Both the position numbers and the translations under genes were made by a program. A stretch of 63,972 nt of DNA, the filler included, from Kipferlia bialata (taxonomy: Eukaryota), in the NCBI GenBank assembly GCA_003568945.1. It is 5 parts of 5 records of this genome, joined end to end, with 100 filler letters (N's around TTAATTAATTAA, not from the genome) between each part and the next. Parts side by side here need not be neighbours in the genome. Positions count along the whole stretch, not along the records: positions 1 to 14,871 come from BDIP01000762.1; positions 14,972 to 29,840 come from BDIP01000763.1; 3 more parts are not named here. One strand, 5' to 3'. Numbering within the stretch: the first letter of the stretch is position 1; every line of letters begins with the position of its first letter. The notes under the pieces are model-generated. The model worked only from the letters and a program-made list of their open reading frames with translations. It did no database searches and was not told the DNA's origin. Shown piece by piece: positions 13,087 through 26,614 of this stretch.

Positions 13087-14802
13087 TCAGTCTGTGAGTG
13101 TGAGAGATGCTCCCAGCGCTGCCAAGTTAAGTGGGGAGGAGCTGATCTGGGTCACCATCCTCTTAAAGAAGAGTTGCTTCTCCTCGTCTGATACAGGTAC
13201 CCTCTCTCCATCCTCCCCTCTCTTCTCTAGCTGACTGGCCAAGACGTTGAGAACACGGACATAGGCGTGCTTCACAGTGTTCTGACATCAGGAGAGACAA
13301 CAGAAAGGGAAGGACTCAATAGCATCACCTTGTTGATTGCGTTTGAGGTAGGCACGATGAATGGGAGGGTGAGGAGCTGGGCAATGCCGGCACGACCCTG
13401 GAGTGAGAGAGGCAGAGACACACATATAGACTTAGACTGAACACTACACTAGACACAATACCATGGTGGCACACCTGTGTCTTGCGGTCGAGGCACTTGC
13501 GCAGAGTGTCCACAACGGTATTGTCAGTCTGGGGTCAGAATATAGTAAGCTTAATTGAGAGAAAGAGAGAGAAATGACATGCCTTGGGGAACTGTATGGC
13601 GGGCACGACTCCATTGATGGGTGTCCCAACGATGGCATTCATCTTGGCAAACTGGAGGTCAGGATAAGAGAGAGAGGAAAGAGATATAACTCCCTCCAAA
13701 TATGGACGTGACATCAGTCCCACCTGGTTCTTCCCAAACTTTGCAAAGGGTGTCTGCCCATACACCATGTGGTACAGCATGCACCCCAGGGACCACACGT
13801 CACTGGCCCTGCGGCACTCCCTCCCACCTGGCGGTTATAAACTGAAAAGAAACTCGCCCCTCAAAGTGGATTGTATAGAGTCAGTCACATGCGAGTTTAC
13901 AGGTAGGTATGTATACCCGTACCTCCGACTCCAGCCTGGACCACCTCGGGAGCCATGTAGTTGAGAGTGCCTGTGGTCAGTGGTTGAAGGGGGAGAAGGG
14001 GGATGAGCCCATCAACCATACTACCTCTAGATAGGCTATATCGCTATCTACACCGTACCTATGGCTGTGTCTCTAAATGCCATGGTGGTGTTATCCTGCA
14101 TCTGCTTGGCTATACCAAAGTCGATCAACTTGAGCTGGCCCTGGTGGTCAGAATGGGTAGAGAGGTGGGGGAAGTATCACGCATTGTGACGTATGTATGC
14201 AACAAGGAAGGCAGTAGCCGGCGTACCTTGACACTGATGAAGTTGGCTGGCTTGAGGTCTCCATGGATGACACCCCTAGAGGTTAGGGAGAGAGAGAGAG
14301 GCAGGTAAATATGATATGACCGTACATCCCCCAACCAAGCGCTTCGGCAAACGCTTTTAAACAACAGGATAGATAGAGTCCCACCTCTCGTGCACTGCGT
14401 CCACTGCCTCCAGCATCTGCTTCCAATAGACCCTGCATAGGTAGGGGTCCTTGGCAAAGAAGGTGGAGCGAGGGCGACCTGGGTCAGAGGCTCAATGCAG
14501 TACTATAGAAAAGAGGCAGGTAGATTCAGGTAGAATGAGGACATGGGCGATTATCAAGATCTGTGTGTAGAGTAGGTGTACAGTTGGCACGCACCATCAG
14601 CCTCTGCCTTTGCCGTGTAGTTGTAGAGCAGGTGCTCGAGGTCAATGTCACCCAGCTCCATCACGATCCTGGGGGTCAGGGGGGACTGATTGACTAGTAT
14701 CCATCTATATATATCATATACTCGAAGGCTGATGCACCCACCTATACACGTTCTTCTCCTCGATGTGCTCATAGTCCACCAGCTGCACCACCAGAGGGCA
14801 CC
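13087..14802 (-). CDS. MPS1: Mps1/TTK-family dual-specificity protein kinase (catalytic domain; 5' end lost at contig break)
   Basis: Exons give [67 protein letters not shown] and IQFP..LRKCLDR, which together are the characteristic Mps1 motif set. Confidence 0.88.
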
Positions 14803-14871
14803 CTGGGTAAGGGCATAGATGGGGGGGGGGGGGGTTAGGGAGATGGTATGGGAGAGAGTACAACAGATATT

Positions 14872-14971
14872 NNNNNNNNNNNNNNNNNNNNNNNNNNNNN
14901 NNNNNNNNNNNNNNNTTAATTAATTAANNNNNNNNNNNNNNNNNNNNNNNNNNNNNNNNNNNNNNNNNNNN
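14872..14971. other. Artificial contig-joining spacer N44-TTAATTAATTAA-N44
   Basis: The same 100-nt structure occurs four times, has stops in all frames, and genes are truncated on either side. Confidence 0.97.
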
Positions 14972-15026
<55 letters not shown>

Positions 15027-15046
15027 CTGTGTGTATATGTATGCAG

Positions 15047-15648
15047 GAACAGACTGGTCAGCATGAGGGGGTTAGGTATGCATATGTGTGTGCATGCTTT
15101 AGATATGTATATGTATGTGCATTGATGCTTGCTATAACCCAGGCCTCAAGGAGACCCACCACTACCTGTCCTGGTGTATGCTTATGTGTATATATATATG
15201 AGTCAGTATATGTGGGTGGTACTCATTCCCCTTCTTCTGACCCAGGCCTCAAGGAGACCCACCACTATCATATTATATATTATATATTATATATTATATA
15301 TTATATATTATATACATATATTATAGCTATATGATCTGTATACCCTTCTTCTGACCCAGGCCTCAAGGAGACCCACCACTATCTGTCCTGGTGGCTAGTT
15401 CTCCTCCCCCTCACCCTCCTCTCCACTGCACTGTATACATGGGTGGGGTATGCACTCCACATGACACCCATGGCCAATATGGATATGCAGTCACTGTGTG
15501 TCATGTTTGGACTGCAGGTAATGACTATATATATACACTACTGGTGTGCATCCCTTCATATATATATGACACCCACGGCCAATATGAATATCCAGTCATT
15601 GGTGGTCATGTTTGGACTGCAGGTATATATATGTATAGTTACTAGATA

Positions 15649-15689
<41 letters not shown>

Positions 15690-18600
15690 ACTTGAACATG
15701 TCACATGACACCCATGGCCAACCTAGACATGCAGTCATTGACTGTCATGTTTGGACTGCAGGTAAACCTATATAGATAGATATTTACATATATATATATA
15801 TATATAGATAGATAGATAGATATATCACATGACACCCATGGCCAACCTCGACATGCAGTCACTCTGCATATTGTTTGGACTACAGGTATATATGTGTATA
15901 TACTGGAGGTATATATGTATGAATACTGGATATACACACATATATATATGTCTACTGGTGTATATCACATGACACCCATGGCCAACCTAGACATGCAGTC
16001 ACTGTGTGTCATGTTTGGACTACAGGTAAACCTTTATATATATATATATCCATAGGTATATTTGTACCTGTTGCACATTATACAACAATTTCATGTTCAC
16101 TCATAGTATATAGTGTTGTCATATATGTTTGGACTACAGGTCGTGATATATCTATTCTTACATATGTGTTCTCAATCCTACTCAATACTACCTCCCTGAC
16201 CTGTCTCTATACAACGCCATATTTAACAGTGTACATTGTACTGTCGATTCTCTGTGTATATATATCACCCCAGGCCGTCTCCTATGCCTCCCTTGCCTGT
16301 CTGCTCAGTGCACTCTGTCTGTCCCTGCCAGCTGCAGTCTCAGTGGCAGGTCGGTCTGTGTCAGTCTCTCTCTCTCTCTCTTTCTCTTCCTCTAATGAGG
16401 CACGGTATTTCTCAATTACTCCTTCCATCTTTGTCGGGTTATTAGCGAGTAATGCAAATGTATTACTATACTACCTCCCAGGTGGTCTTAGCGTCGTGGC
16501 CCTGCTCCTTGGGTACTTCATGCAACAACTGTTCAGTGGCAGCAGTGTGTTTGACCCGAGGTATTAATGTCCTCCATATATCAATGGGTGTCAGATACCT
16601 CATTCTTTGTTTGTTTGATGTACTCACCCACCCAGCGTCATCCCTCTCCCTGTGAACATGGCCATGAATATCATAGAGTGATGCATCTATACATACCTAT
16701 ATAGATATATATGTATACATATATCTTACATCCTCAGCGTCATCCCCCTCCCCGTGACCATGTCTTATTTATCAGAGCGTGATACCTTAATTATACATAT
16801 ATATAGATGCATCTTAACAGTCAGCGTGATCCCCCTGCCTGTGACCATGGCCATGTCATGGATACTGCCCCCTCTGTCTCTGGCTGACACCTTCAACACA
16901 CTGGGCCTCATCATCATACCGGTATGGTAGAGATGCATGTCCATATATATGTTACATTATGGATATGGTACATACCATTTCAACACACTGGGCCTCATCA
17001 TCATACCGGTATGTACCTGGGAATTTTTATCCAGACCCAAGAACGTGTTCATATTGGTACCCTAACCCCTCAGATCAATGGATAGTATAGTATTTACATG
17101 TGGTTCTGACCCCAGGAGGAGTGGGGCGTTAGTCTGTTTATGATGATTCGCTACTGTAATTATAGGACAGATATATGTAGCATCAGTTTCACTTGGTTCT
17201 GACATCCAGGAGGAGTGGGGTGTAAGGACCGATCCCCCCCAGTATGACATGTCTGTATACTTCACAGACCTGGAGGGATACCACACCAAGATACGCTTCT
17301 GCTACGAACAGTGCCTGCCAGAGAGAGGTACGTGTGAAGAGATATTCCTATATATATGTTCATCCACAAATGCAGCCGTCTTCACCCGACCCACCCCAGG
17401 CCAACCCATCCCCATCCCCTGTACCTATACTGTGCCCTATCTGGGTCTCTCTGCAGTCTTAATGCCACTGGTACAGACACTGGCCCTGCCCATACTGGCC
17501 GTGTACATTGCACACATCAGACCAGGTGATGGCCTGTGTCCACCAGTATACATTATATATGATGACAGTGTGTATAGTATATTCTTAACCTGTACTAACT
17601 ATCCAGGTGACCGTTCCCGAGGTCTCCCCCTCCTCTACCCCCTGTTGCCTAGGTTCCACAGGGCAAGGCGCCAGAAGCCAGGTGGGTACACAACCAAGTA
17701 CACCTAGTTCTCTGAATCGCATCACTGTATGTATATCCGTATCCTACTTTCTTACTTACTCTTAGACTTCTCCTGCCCTGCCCTGGTCAGAGGGGTCCAC
17801 AAGACATTCAGGGTGAAGGTATGACATTGGAATGCTAGGGTGGCCGCATATGTCTATATCGTTGCTGATGTTATTCCCTACATCCACATCCCCGCCATAT
17901 ACATACACATACTGACCCCCAGGGAGGTGAGCGTGTCCATGCCCTGTCTGGGGCCTCTCTCTCTGTGGCACCTGGGGTGGTGCATGCACTGTGCGGCATC
18001 AACGGGGCAGGTTTATGCAGTTGTATACATATTGTAGAAATACGTACTAAACGTAAAATTGTCAGGCTATTCTACTACCCCTGTACCTAACCCACAGGCA
18101 AGAGCACTCTGATCAAGTTGCTATCTGGAGAGACAGCCCCAGACCCCTCTACTAAGAGGGGCAAGGGCAGCACAAGTATGCTCTCCCTGTCTAGTTCCAA
18201 GGGATACCAGTCTGTAGAGGGGGTCAGTGCGACAGAGGGTGATGATGGCTCGTATGCTGTGTCAGTACTTGGGTATGACCTCACTGATCCCTGTCAGGCA
18301 TTCTACGCGAAGAGACACGTGGGTGAGTTAGGTTCATGTCTATGTGTATACAGGTTCTCTTATAGACACCCTTCTTCACGTTCATATAGCAAAGCAGTAC
18401 CCATAGGGATTGTTGTGCGTACTTACTGACTCATACTGATACTGACCGACAGGCATCTGCCCCCAGTTGAACGAGAACATTTGGACAGGGCTCACAGTGG
18501 AGTGTAACGTCAAGATTGCACTAAGGTCAGTGCAGAGAGCACCATCATATCTTCATCCACAAGTATATATTGGTCCTCATTCATATGTCTCTCTGACACT

Positions 18601-21600
18601 CAGGCTCAGGTCAGTATATGATGAAGGGGCCTTCAAAGTTTCTGATGTCTGTGCATACATCTCTTTGTAAGCATACCCATGTCCCTCTGACACCCAGGCT
18701 TCGTGGCATCACCTCCACTTTAGACATAGACAAGCAGTGCCACACCATCCTGAAGGGAGTGAGACTCCTGCAGCACAGGAACAGAAAGGTTGGTGTATAA
18801 TAGAAACACATAGAAAGGTGGAATACTATTATTAATCAGTTACACATTGTCAACTTTCTTCTCAACCCAGGCCACCGAGCTCTCCGGTGGGATGCAGAGA
18901 CGTCTCTCCCTAGGTATCTTGTATATATCTGCAATTCAGCTATTGATCATGTCAAGCTCCCTATGCATTGGCCCCTCTTCCTAGCGGGTATATATATTAG
19001 TGGATATCTCATATTCACATATAACCTCTCGGTATTTGATATATATCTGCTATACAGATCTCATATATATATATATGTATATAACCTCCAGGTGTGGCAG
19101 CTGCAGGTGGTCCCAGGGTGGTCTTCCTCGATGAACCCACAACGGGTCTGGACCCAGCGACAAAGAGAGCGGTGTGGTACGTCAGGACGCGGGTGCTGTA
19201 TTCATTGTCCCACCCGATGACTCCCCTCTATTCACCTTAGGTCCTACATGTCCTCCCTGAGGGAACAGGGTGCTGCGTGTCTACTAACCTCACACAGCAT
19301 GGCAGAGGTGAGGATTGCTGATATCATTATAACTATCTCTATATATCCATTAGGGTATATCAATATATATATATATGTAGGCAGCGGCTGTCTTTTGACA
19401 TCTCACAGCATGGCAGAGGTGAGGATATCTGATATCATTATAAGTATCTCTATATATCCATTAGGGTGTATCAATATATATATATATGTAGGCAGCGGCT
19501 GTCTTTTGACATCACACAGCATGGCAGAGGTGAGGATAATTCATAATCTGCATCAATCTATATCTACTAGAGTGTATATCTCTACATATATAGGCAGCGG
19601 TTGTCTGTTGACATCACACAGCATGGCAGAGGTACGGTTGATATACTTCTTAATGATTATAGGTAGCTTGGTAATATTCCTGTTTGTTTGTCTCACCCTG
19701 TAGGTCCAGCGACTTGCCTCAGAGATCAGCATACTCAACAAGGGGAGAGTCATAGGTAAGACCTATTTAACCATCATCGTGTTAGTATATGTGTCATTAT
19801 CCTCACCCCAGAGAGTGGCAGCTGCTTTGACCTGAGACATAGACGTGGTGGGTACACCGTCTCTGTGTCGGTGTCTGGCGGTGATGATGCATCTACACCC
19901 ACAGATGGAGAGACAGCGTGTGGGAGGGTAGTGAGAAGGGTGAGGGAGAGGGTCCCTGCCGCTTCTGTCTCCTTACTCTCCCAGCACGTCGTGTCTCTCT
20001 CTCTACCTCCGAGTGCATCATCAGTACTACCTCTAGTGGCGTTGGATCTAGAGCAGGAGAGAGGGGCAGCCAGCAGTGATGTGGGTGTGACTGACTTTGT
20101 GATAGAGAGGGCCAGCCTAGAAGAGGTGTTCTCTGCGCTGGTGGGAGAGGACGCAGATACAGAGAGAGAGAGAGAGACACAGGGGGGAGAGAGGAGGGGA
20201 GGTGCCCTACCCTCTCGCACTCTCTCCCCATCTGCTAGATGGTTGTCTGTCCTATCTGCACTGTTCACAAAGACACTGCTCGTCGATCAGGCTGCTAGTG
20301 CCATAGGTGGGGTACTGTATTTGCACCCTTTTGGTATTCACCTGCATATCTCTTCATATCTCTCTTATCATTAGGTGTGTTCCGCCACATCATTCTGGCC
20401 ATTCTGCTCCTTGGTCTCAATGCCGCATTGGTGGCAGTCACAGGGCCACTCTTACAGGTGGGTCATCATGAATGTACTATTGTTATGTGGCACATATAAG
20501 TGTTATAGTTTATAGAAATGTAGCAGTACCACAGTGGTTACACACACAGTGCTACTTCTACTAATGTAGGTTGGAATTGTGCTTTTCACTTATGTGTATT
20601 CGGATAGTTACCTTCACTCACACTCAGTCCTATAGCGATGCCTGGTACACCACCTCTATGCAGCAGAGCACTGTATCATGCACGTCATGCTGCATGGACC
20701 AGGGGTACCTGTCACTCTCCAAGTGCTTGGATGACAGGCCAGAGGAGTGTTTTAGGGCAGATGGGGTCGGATTTGCAGGCACGATACATCAATAACATGT
20801 ATATTCACTACTAAACACCCTCGCATCTTTGTATCTAGGCTTTTGTCCCTCTCTATTATGTGTGTGTTCTGACTACCCACCCCCAGAGAATGCTGCCTGC
20901 TATGAGTACATACAGTTCCAGGGACTAGATATACACAGTCCAGCTGTGTATGGGGTCAACGATCCAGGTATAGTAAGAAGTCTTCTAATGCGGTATATCA
21001 ACCTGATAGTATTTGCATACTATAGATTCGGTCATGTCACTTCCTATATATTTACTCTAGGTGCCCTGTGGGGTGAGTATGGTGTCACCTCCTGGGGTCC
21101 AGAGAGCATGGGTCACATCAACTCATTCGATGCATCCCTGGCACCAGAGGGGACCCAGTCTCGTAGTGCAAGGTATATCTTGTGTACTTACATATACGTA
21201 CACCATTCTAACTATGTATATGTATTAGTACTCTCCATTGTATATATAGGAATACAGTTTAGATGCATCTCTGGCACTGGAGGGTACCCAGTCACGCACC
21301 GCAATGTATGTAATATACTAGCGCCAACGTATTCACTTGCTCATGTTTTTGTGAATTTGCTCACCTTCAGTTCTGACCTGGACTCCAGCATAGCACTTGG
21401 GTTCCTGGGGATGGGGTGGGCAGGTAGGAGATATATATAGGGGACAGAGTATTCATACGTACCCTGCGGTGTCACACTCACCCACCATTGTATCTTGTCT
21501 ATTGTCTATATATTCTATCGTGTATAGTCATCCATATGTCCAACCTCAGCTGGTAACGGTGCAGTCTCCGACGCCTATGAGACAGAGCACTGGGACACAC

Positions 21601-24600
21601 TGTACAACACAGATCTAGACCCTGTTCTTTATCCAGACCCAAAGCAGGAGGAGACGACTGCGTTCTGGGCATACATGGGTAGGAGGTGAGGGGATATACG
21701 TGAGAAGTATGTTGATTTTTCATATCCTATGGTTCTGTACACTAACGGGTAAGATATGGCTCTGGAAGCTGGGACTCCTGCTCCAACTGTGTGTATGAGT
21801 GCTACTTTGAGTGCGAGAACTACTTCAAACCGTACAGTGAGTACTACGACATAGAGTTCGACTATGATGGATGCAAACAGGACTGCAAGGACAACAGCGC
21901 ATTCTATCAGGTAGTGGTGTGTACTCTACAGCCATCTCGTGTCTTTGAGTGTATATTGACTGATACCAGGAGCACTGCACACCGAACTCCAAGCTCTATA
22001 CCACCAACGCCACTGTTGATGTATATTCATGGGGCAGTGTTGCACAACTGCAGCAGAACATGGTTAGGTGAGGATGTCCTTGAGTGTATAGAAACATCTT
22101 GAGAGACACTGCAAACACAATTGATTGCCCTGACCCTCAGTGTTCAGAGGCACAATTCGTGTATCCTACATGACCTGTCCACCTATGGACAGACATACAA
22201 CAGAAACGCAGCCAACAGAATGTTGCCAAACTTTGTAGGTTGGTGTTCTTTGGTGGTTACTATTTACTATGCTCTCTTACATGTTACTAGTATATGGATA
22301 TGTATTTTCACTTCTTCTTACGTTCAGTTGAATCCATGTACATGGACTTCCCTGTGCCAGAGGTGTCAAGGGATGCCACAGAGGACACTGGGTCTGTATC
22401 ACTCTCCCATTCCGACAGTGCCCTCGAGATGGCATCCAACATGTCGCACTACAAGTACAGGCTGCACACCTTCCTGCCCAACATACCAGACGTGAGTGCT
22501 CAGTACCTACCTACGTTATACCATACATAGAGTAGTACCGTATCAGTTATGTGTACAGGTTAGAGTTTGTCTTCTATGACTGACCCCAGACTGTGTCCTA
22601 CCCCCGTGCCCATGTGAGTGTGGACTCCCCCAACAGCACTGGCCTGAAGGTGTTCAAGGACGGGACTGTCTCTGTCCCACCCTACGTTGGCCAGTTCTAC
22701 CACTGCATGGCCACCCACTACCATGCCACGATGGTGGAGCCGATGCAGCTGGCGCTGCCGACCAGGTATAATATATATATCAATATATATATATACTATG
22801 TATATACTATCATCTTTCCAATGTCTACTACTAGGCCTAGTGTTCCGTGGTTGTGGTTTGTGTCCATATCTACCCTTGCGTCTCCTCCTAAAAGACCCCC
22901 ACCCCTCTGGGTGCTGTTTCCTCCTTACTCTCTCTAACTCTCTCTCTCTCGCCCTCTCACCCTCTCACTCTCTCACTTTCTCACTTTCTCACCCTCTCAC
23001 CGTTCTAGACCCCCACCCCTGTGGGTAGGTGTTGTCAATGACGATATGGCCAGAGTCACACACACAGCCATGTCACGAGCATACCAGGTATAGATACATA
23101 CATAATGTGTATGCATATATATATATATATATATATGTTACAAAAGTGTCAAATACAAATCAGGTGCAACTGTATACATATTCACTATCCTATCGCTACT
23201 GATTGCGATCTTGGGTATATATCCATTTGACATTGATACCCCCTCACCCCCAGTCTGTCAACCCTGGCCATGGCATGGATATTGACTTTGGGGGCACCTT
23301 CCAGGCATACCCATTCATAGCAGACCCCACATACACACTCGACATAGGTCAGTGGAAGAGGTTCCTCTTTCTAACTACTGCACTGCGGTTTTCTGTTATT
23401 CACTGGCATAATAGTTGTCTTGAACCCTAACCCCAGGCTCCTTACTGACGCTGCTGACTGAGTTGGTGTCTCCAATTGTGGCACTGGTGTTTATACCAAG
23501 GTTAGCACAGATTTACATATATGTCGTGATACGTATCCTCCTTTACTTAGCGGGTAACCGTACAAGTGTATCTCTACCGTCGTATTGTATATATTTATCC
23601 TATAATTTAGTATGTCGTCTGTCTCACCCCAGAGTGGCCATTGCCCTCTCCAGTGACATTGAGAGTGGGAGGGTCCGCTTACTCAGACTTCACAGTGTCA
23701 AGTCCTGGGTCGGTACTCTGGTACTGATTGCATACTACACGATGCAAGGTGAGTTATACATACTACACGATGCAAGGTGAGTTATACATGCTACACGATG
23801 CAAGGTGAGTTATACATACTACACGATGCAAGGTGGGGTATGCATTACTAGAGACAATAACTCTCTATCTATATATATCTATCTCTCTATCTCACCCCCA
23901 GGTCTTGTGGTGTCTGTGCTGGCCGTCCTCATAGGGGCTGCCCTCCACCTGTCTCTATTCACAGATGACCTCTTCCGTACATTCACCACCTTTGCACTGG
24001 GTACCTCTGCATGTGTGGCCACAGGTGCCCTACTGGCTGTATGCATCAAGAGACAGACACCGGCGGCAGTCACTGCCAGCATCATATTAGGTAAGTCAGA
24101 AGACAAAGGAGCAAGTATACGATGACTGATTCTCACTCCAGTTCTTGTTTTGTTGATGGGAGTGTTTGTCCCCCCATCCCCGGGCCTCTTTGTGGTGCCC
24201 CCTGTCGCCTTCTGTGTCCTCTTGTCACACCCCCTGACCGAGGTCTCTGGGGGTAGTCCCCTCTCCATACAGTGTCTGATGGGCACATGTGCATACATAG
24301 CACTGGCCTGTCTGGTGCAGGGTGAGGGAGTACTGGCACAGATGGGTGCATGGTGCAGTCGCGTTGGAATGGCACTGCATCGCGTAGGAAAGGGAAGGTC
24401 TCAGCCAGCAGATGACAAGGATAGTTGTGTGCTACTGGTGCCCCAGGCATCGGGGTCTCTGGTATCCAATGTAGGGGAGGCTACCTCTAGTGAGGGGGAT
24501 GCTGATGGTGTAGATGATACATTTGGCACTAGGGGGACTGGATCTCTGTCTCTGTCCCTAACCGACATTAAGCACACATACAGCAACGGGACTCAGGTGG

Positions 24601-26222
24601 GTGTGTCTATCACTATACCAACAATCACATGATCCCATCACATATTCATACCTTTTCTCTATACATTGCCCAAGTGTATATCGACACCCTCTTATCCCCT
24701 AGGCCCTTCGCGGTGTCTCCCTCACACTATAGTGTATCTCTATCTATGTATATCTATGCATATGTATATCTGACACCCTAGGCCCTTCGCGGTGTCTCCC
24801 TGCACCTTAGGAGGGGTGAGGTCTATGGACTGCTAGGAGTCAACGGGGCTGGGAAGACAACCCTAATCAACTGCATTGCAGGTAGGATTGTATGTGTGTG
24901 TTGCATATCCGTGTGTCCTACCACCATATCTATCATTCTAACCCAATAATAATAGTGACAATATATCATTTTCTCTCACCCCAGGTATGCTCCACCCCGA
25001 CTCTGGCACTGCCTCTTTGAGGGGTGTGCCTCTATTCAACAGAGACAACGGCAGGGAGAGAGAGAGAGAGAGCAGGACGGAAGGGGCTCCCACCAACAAG
25101 CAGCCCATCAGTGACCGCGTAGTTTGTGTGCCCCAGCACGACCTGTACTGGCCAAACCTCACTGTAAGGCACGTGGTCTTTCCTGTCACACTCTTTCCCT
25201 CGTATTACATCATGATTGACCTCAGGCGCCACATGCAGTTGATATCCGACGTGAGGGGTCTAGTGATGGATGATGTAGGTCCCTCTCCCGTGGACTCCGT
25301 CTTAGCCACAGTTGGTCTCACATCACATGCAGACAAGAGGTGTGTGCAAATGTAGTCATATCCATCCTGTCTATATTAACCACTCTGCGTCATATCAAAT
25401 GATGTGTCGCGTTATCATGTCTTACCCCCAGGGCTGGCCAGCTGTCGGGTGGTATGCGGAGACGACTATCGCTGGTGAGTATGTGTTCATATACATTTAT
25501 ATACATATGTGTCCGTTTGGACTATTTACGTGTGATCCAGTTGTGATTGTTCATCTCTACTGACTCTAAGGGCATGGCCGTTCTAGGTGCCAGATGCATA
25601 CTCCTGGCAGACGAGCCCACCACGGGACTGGACGTAGCTACACGAAAGGGCGTCTGGTACGTGGTGTGTAGAGACCGGCCTTGTAATATGTGACATCTAT
25701 ATGTACTCACTTCCTTTCCTCACTCCGTAGGCGTGGCCTGCTTGAGGCTGCTGCCTCTCTTACAGTCATCCTTACCACACACGCTATGGCAGAGGCAGAG
25801 GCCCTCGCTGACAGGTAATACTACACGATACTATTGTTTCTTGTTCCAATCGTGTACCAGCCTCTGACAATAGGTGTGGCATCATGCGTCAGGGCCAGCT
25901 GGTGGCTGAGGGCACTGTACTCTCCCTCAAGAGACAGGCAGCGCATGGGGTCACTGTCCAGCTGAAGGGTGATCGCACCTCTGTGTCTGACATGGCTGCT
26001 AGGATAGGGGAGAAGTGCAGGGTCCTGGCCCAGGAGGGTGTGTCGGGTGGTGATGAGGTGTCGCTGAAGCTCTCCCCGGATGCGTGTCTGTCTGACTTAT
26101 ACACTGTATTATGTGCACAGGCAGATACAGACTCAGATACACAGGGAGATGGGGTGCGGTGGAGTGTCTCGTCCAACCCACTCGAGGAGATATTCTGCAA
26201 CCTCGCAAGGATCGACTATTAG
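15047..26222 (+). CDS. Full-size ABCA-subfamily ABC transporter (TMD-NBD-ECD/TMD-NBD), 5'-truncated, many exons
   Basis: NBD1: [54 protein letters not shown]2: [62 protein letters not shown]-type SLEEVF/PLEEIF motifs follow each NBD. Confidence 0.92.
15138..16141 (+). repeat. Splice-junction echo cluster around ABCA exon 15360-15517: two acceptor copies (15138, 15241) and four to five donor copies (15566, 15705, 15829, 15969, 16126)
   Basis: CCCAGGCCTCAAGGAGACCCACCACTA x3 and ATGACACCCA..ATGTTTGGACT(G/A)CAGGT x5, separated by (TA)-rich spacers. Confidence 0.9.
19270..19633 (+). repeat. Four copies of the ABCA NBD1 H-loop exon end ([12 protein letters not shown])
   Basis: Real exon end at 19270-19307; copies at 19381-19418, 19492-19529 and 19594-19631, each preceded by AG and followed by GT. 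Confidence 0.92.
23731..23840 (+). repeat. Near-perfect 28-bp tandem repeat x4 spanning a splice donor
   Basis: (CATACTACACGATGCAAG|GTGAGTTATA)x4. Confidence 0.92.
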
Positions 26223-26614
26223 TGGGCTAGTTGTTCAAGTGGTTGGTGATGATCCACTGCTGCTTGTGGTATAGAATCTATCATGTGGAGTGAAGGCATA
26301 ACTCAGTAGATGGTTGATAGAGGTAGTCACTGTATACCCTGCTACACTCAATGAGTAACTCATACTCACTCTGAGAGAGACTCAGCGAAGCCGTTACAGA
26401 GAATACTAGACTGTTCCACCCAGCGTGACCACGAATTGATTTGATATCCCATTTCCACTGGAAATTTTCCAGAGTAAACTCATGCAAGTCGATATAGTAC
26501 TGAGCCACTATTGCACAAGAATATGAAGTAAAGTTATATTGGAACCTGACCCCGAATCTCTGGATTCTGATTGTGTAAACCCATGTGGTACTTCACTCTA
26601 GCGTAATTGCTTCC

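Noticed and set aside
14821..14840. GGGTTAGGG near contig end as telomere
   Set aside because: Single unit beside an intronic poly-G run within the Mps1 gene.
15461..16028. Repeat-spacer pattern as a CRISPR array
   Set aside because: Repeats are copies of an ABCA exon end with a GT donor, spacers are TA microsatellite-rich and variable, and there are no cas genes in this eukaryotic context.
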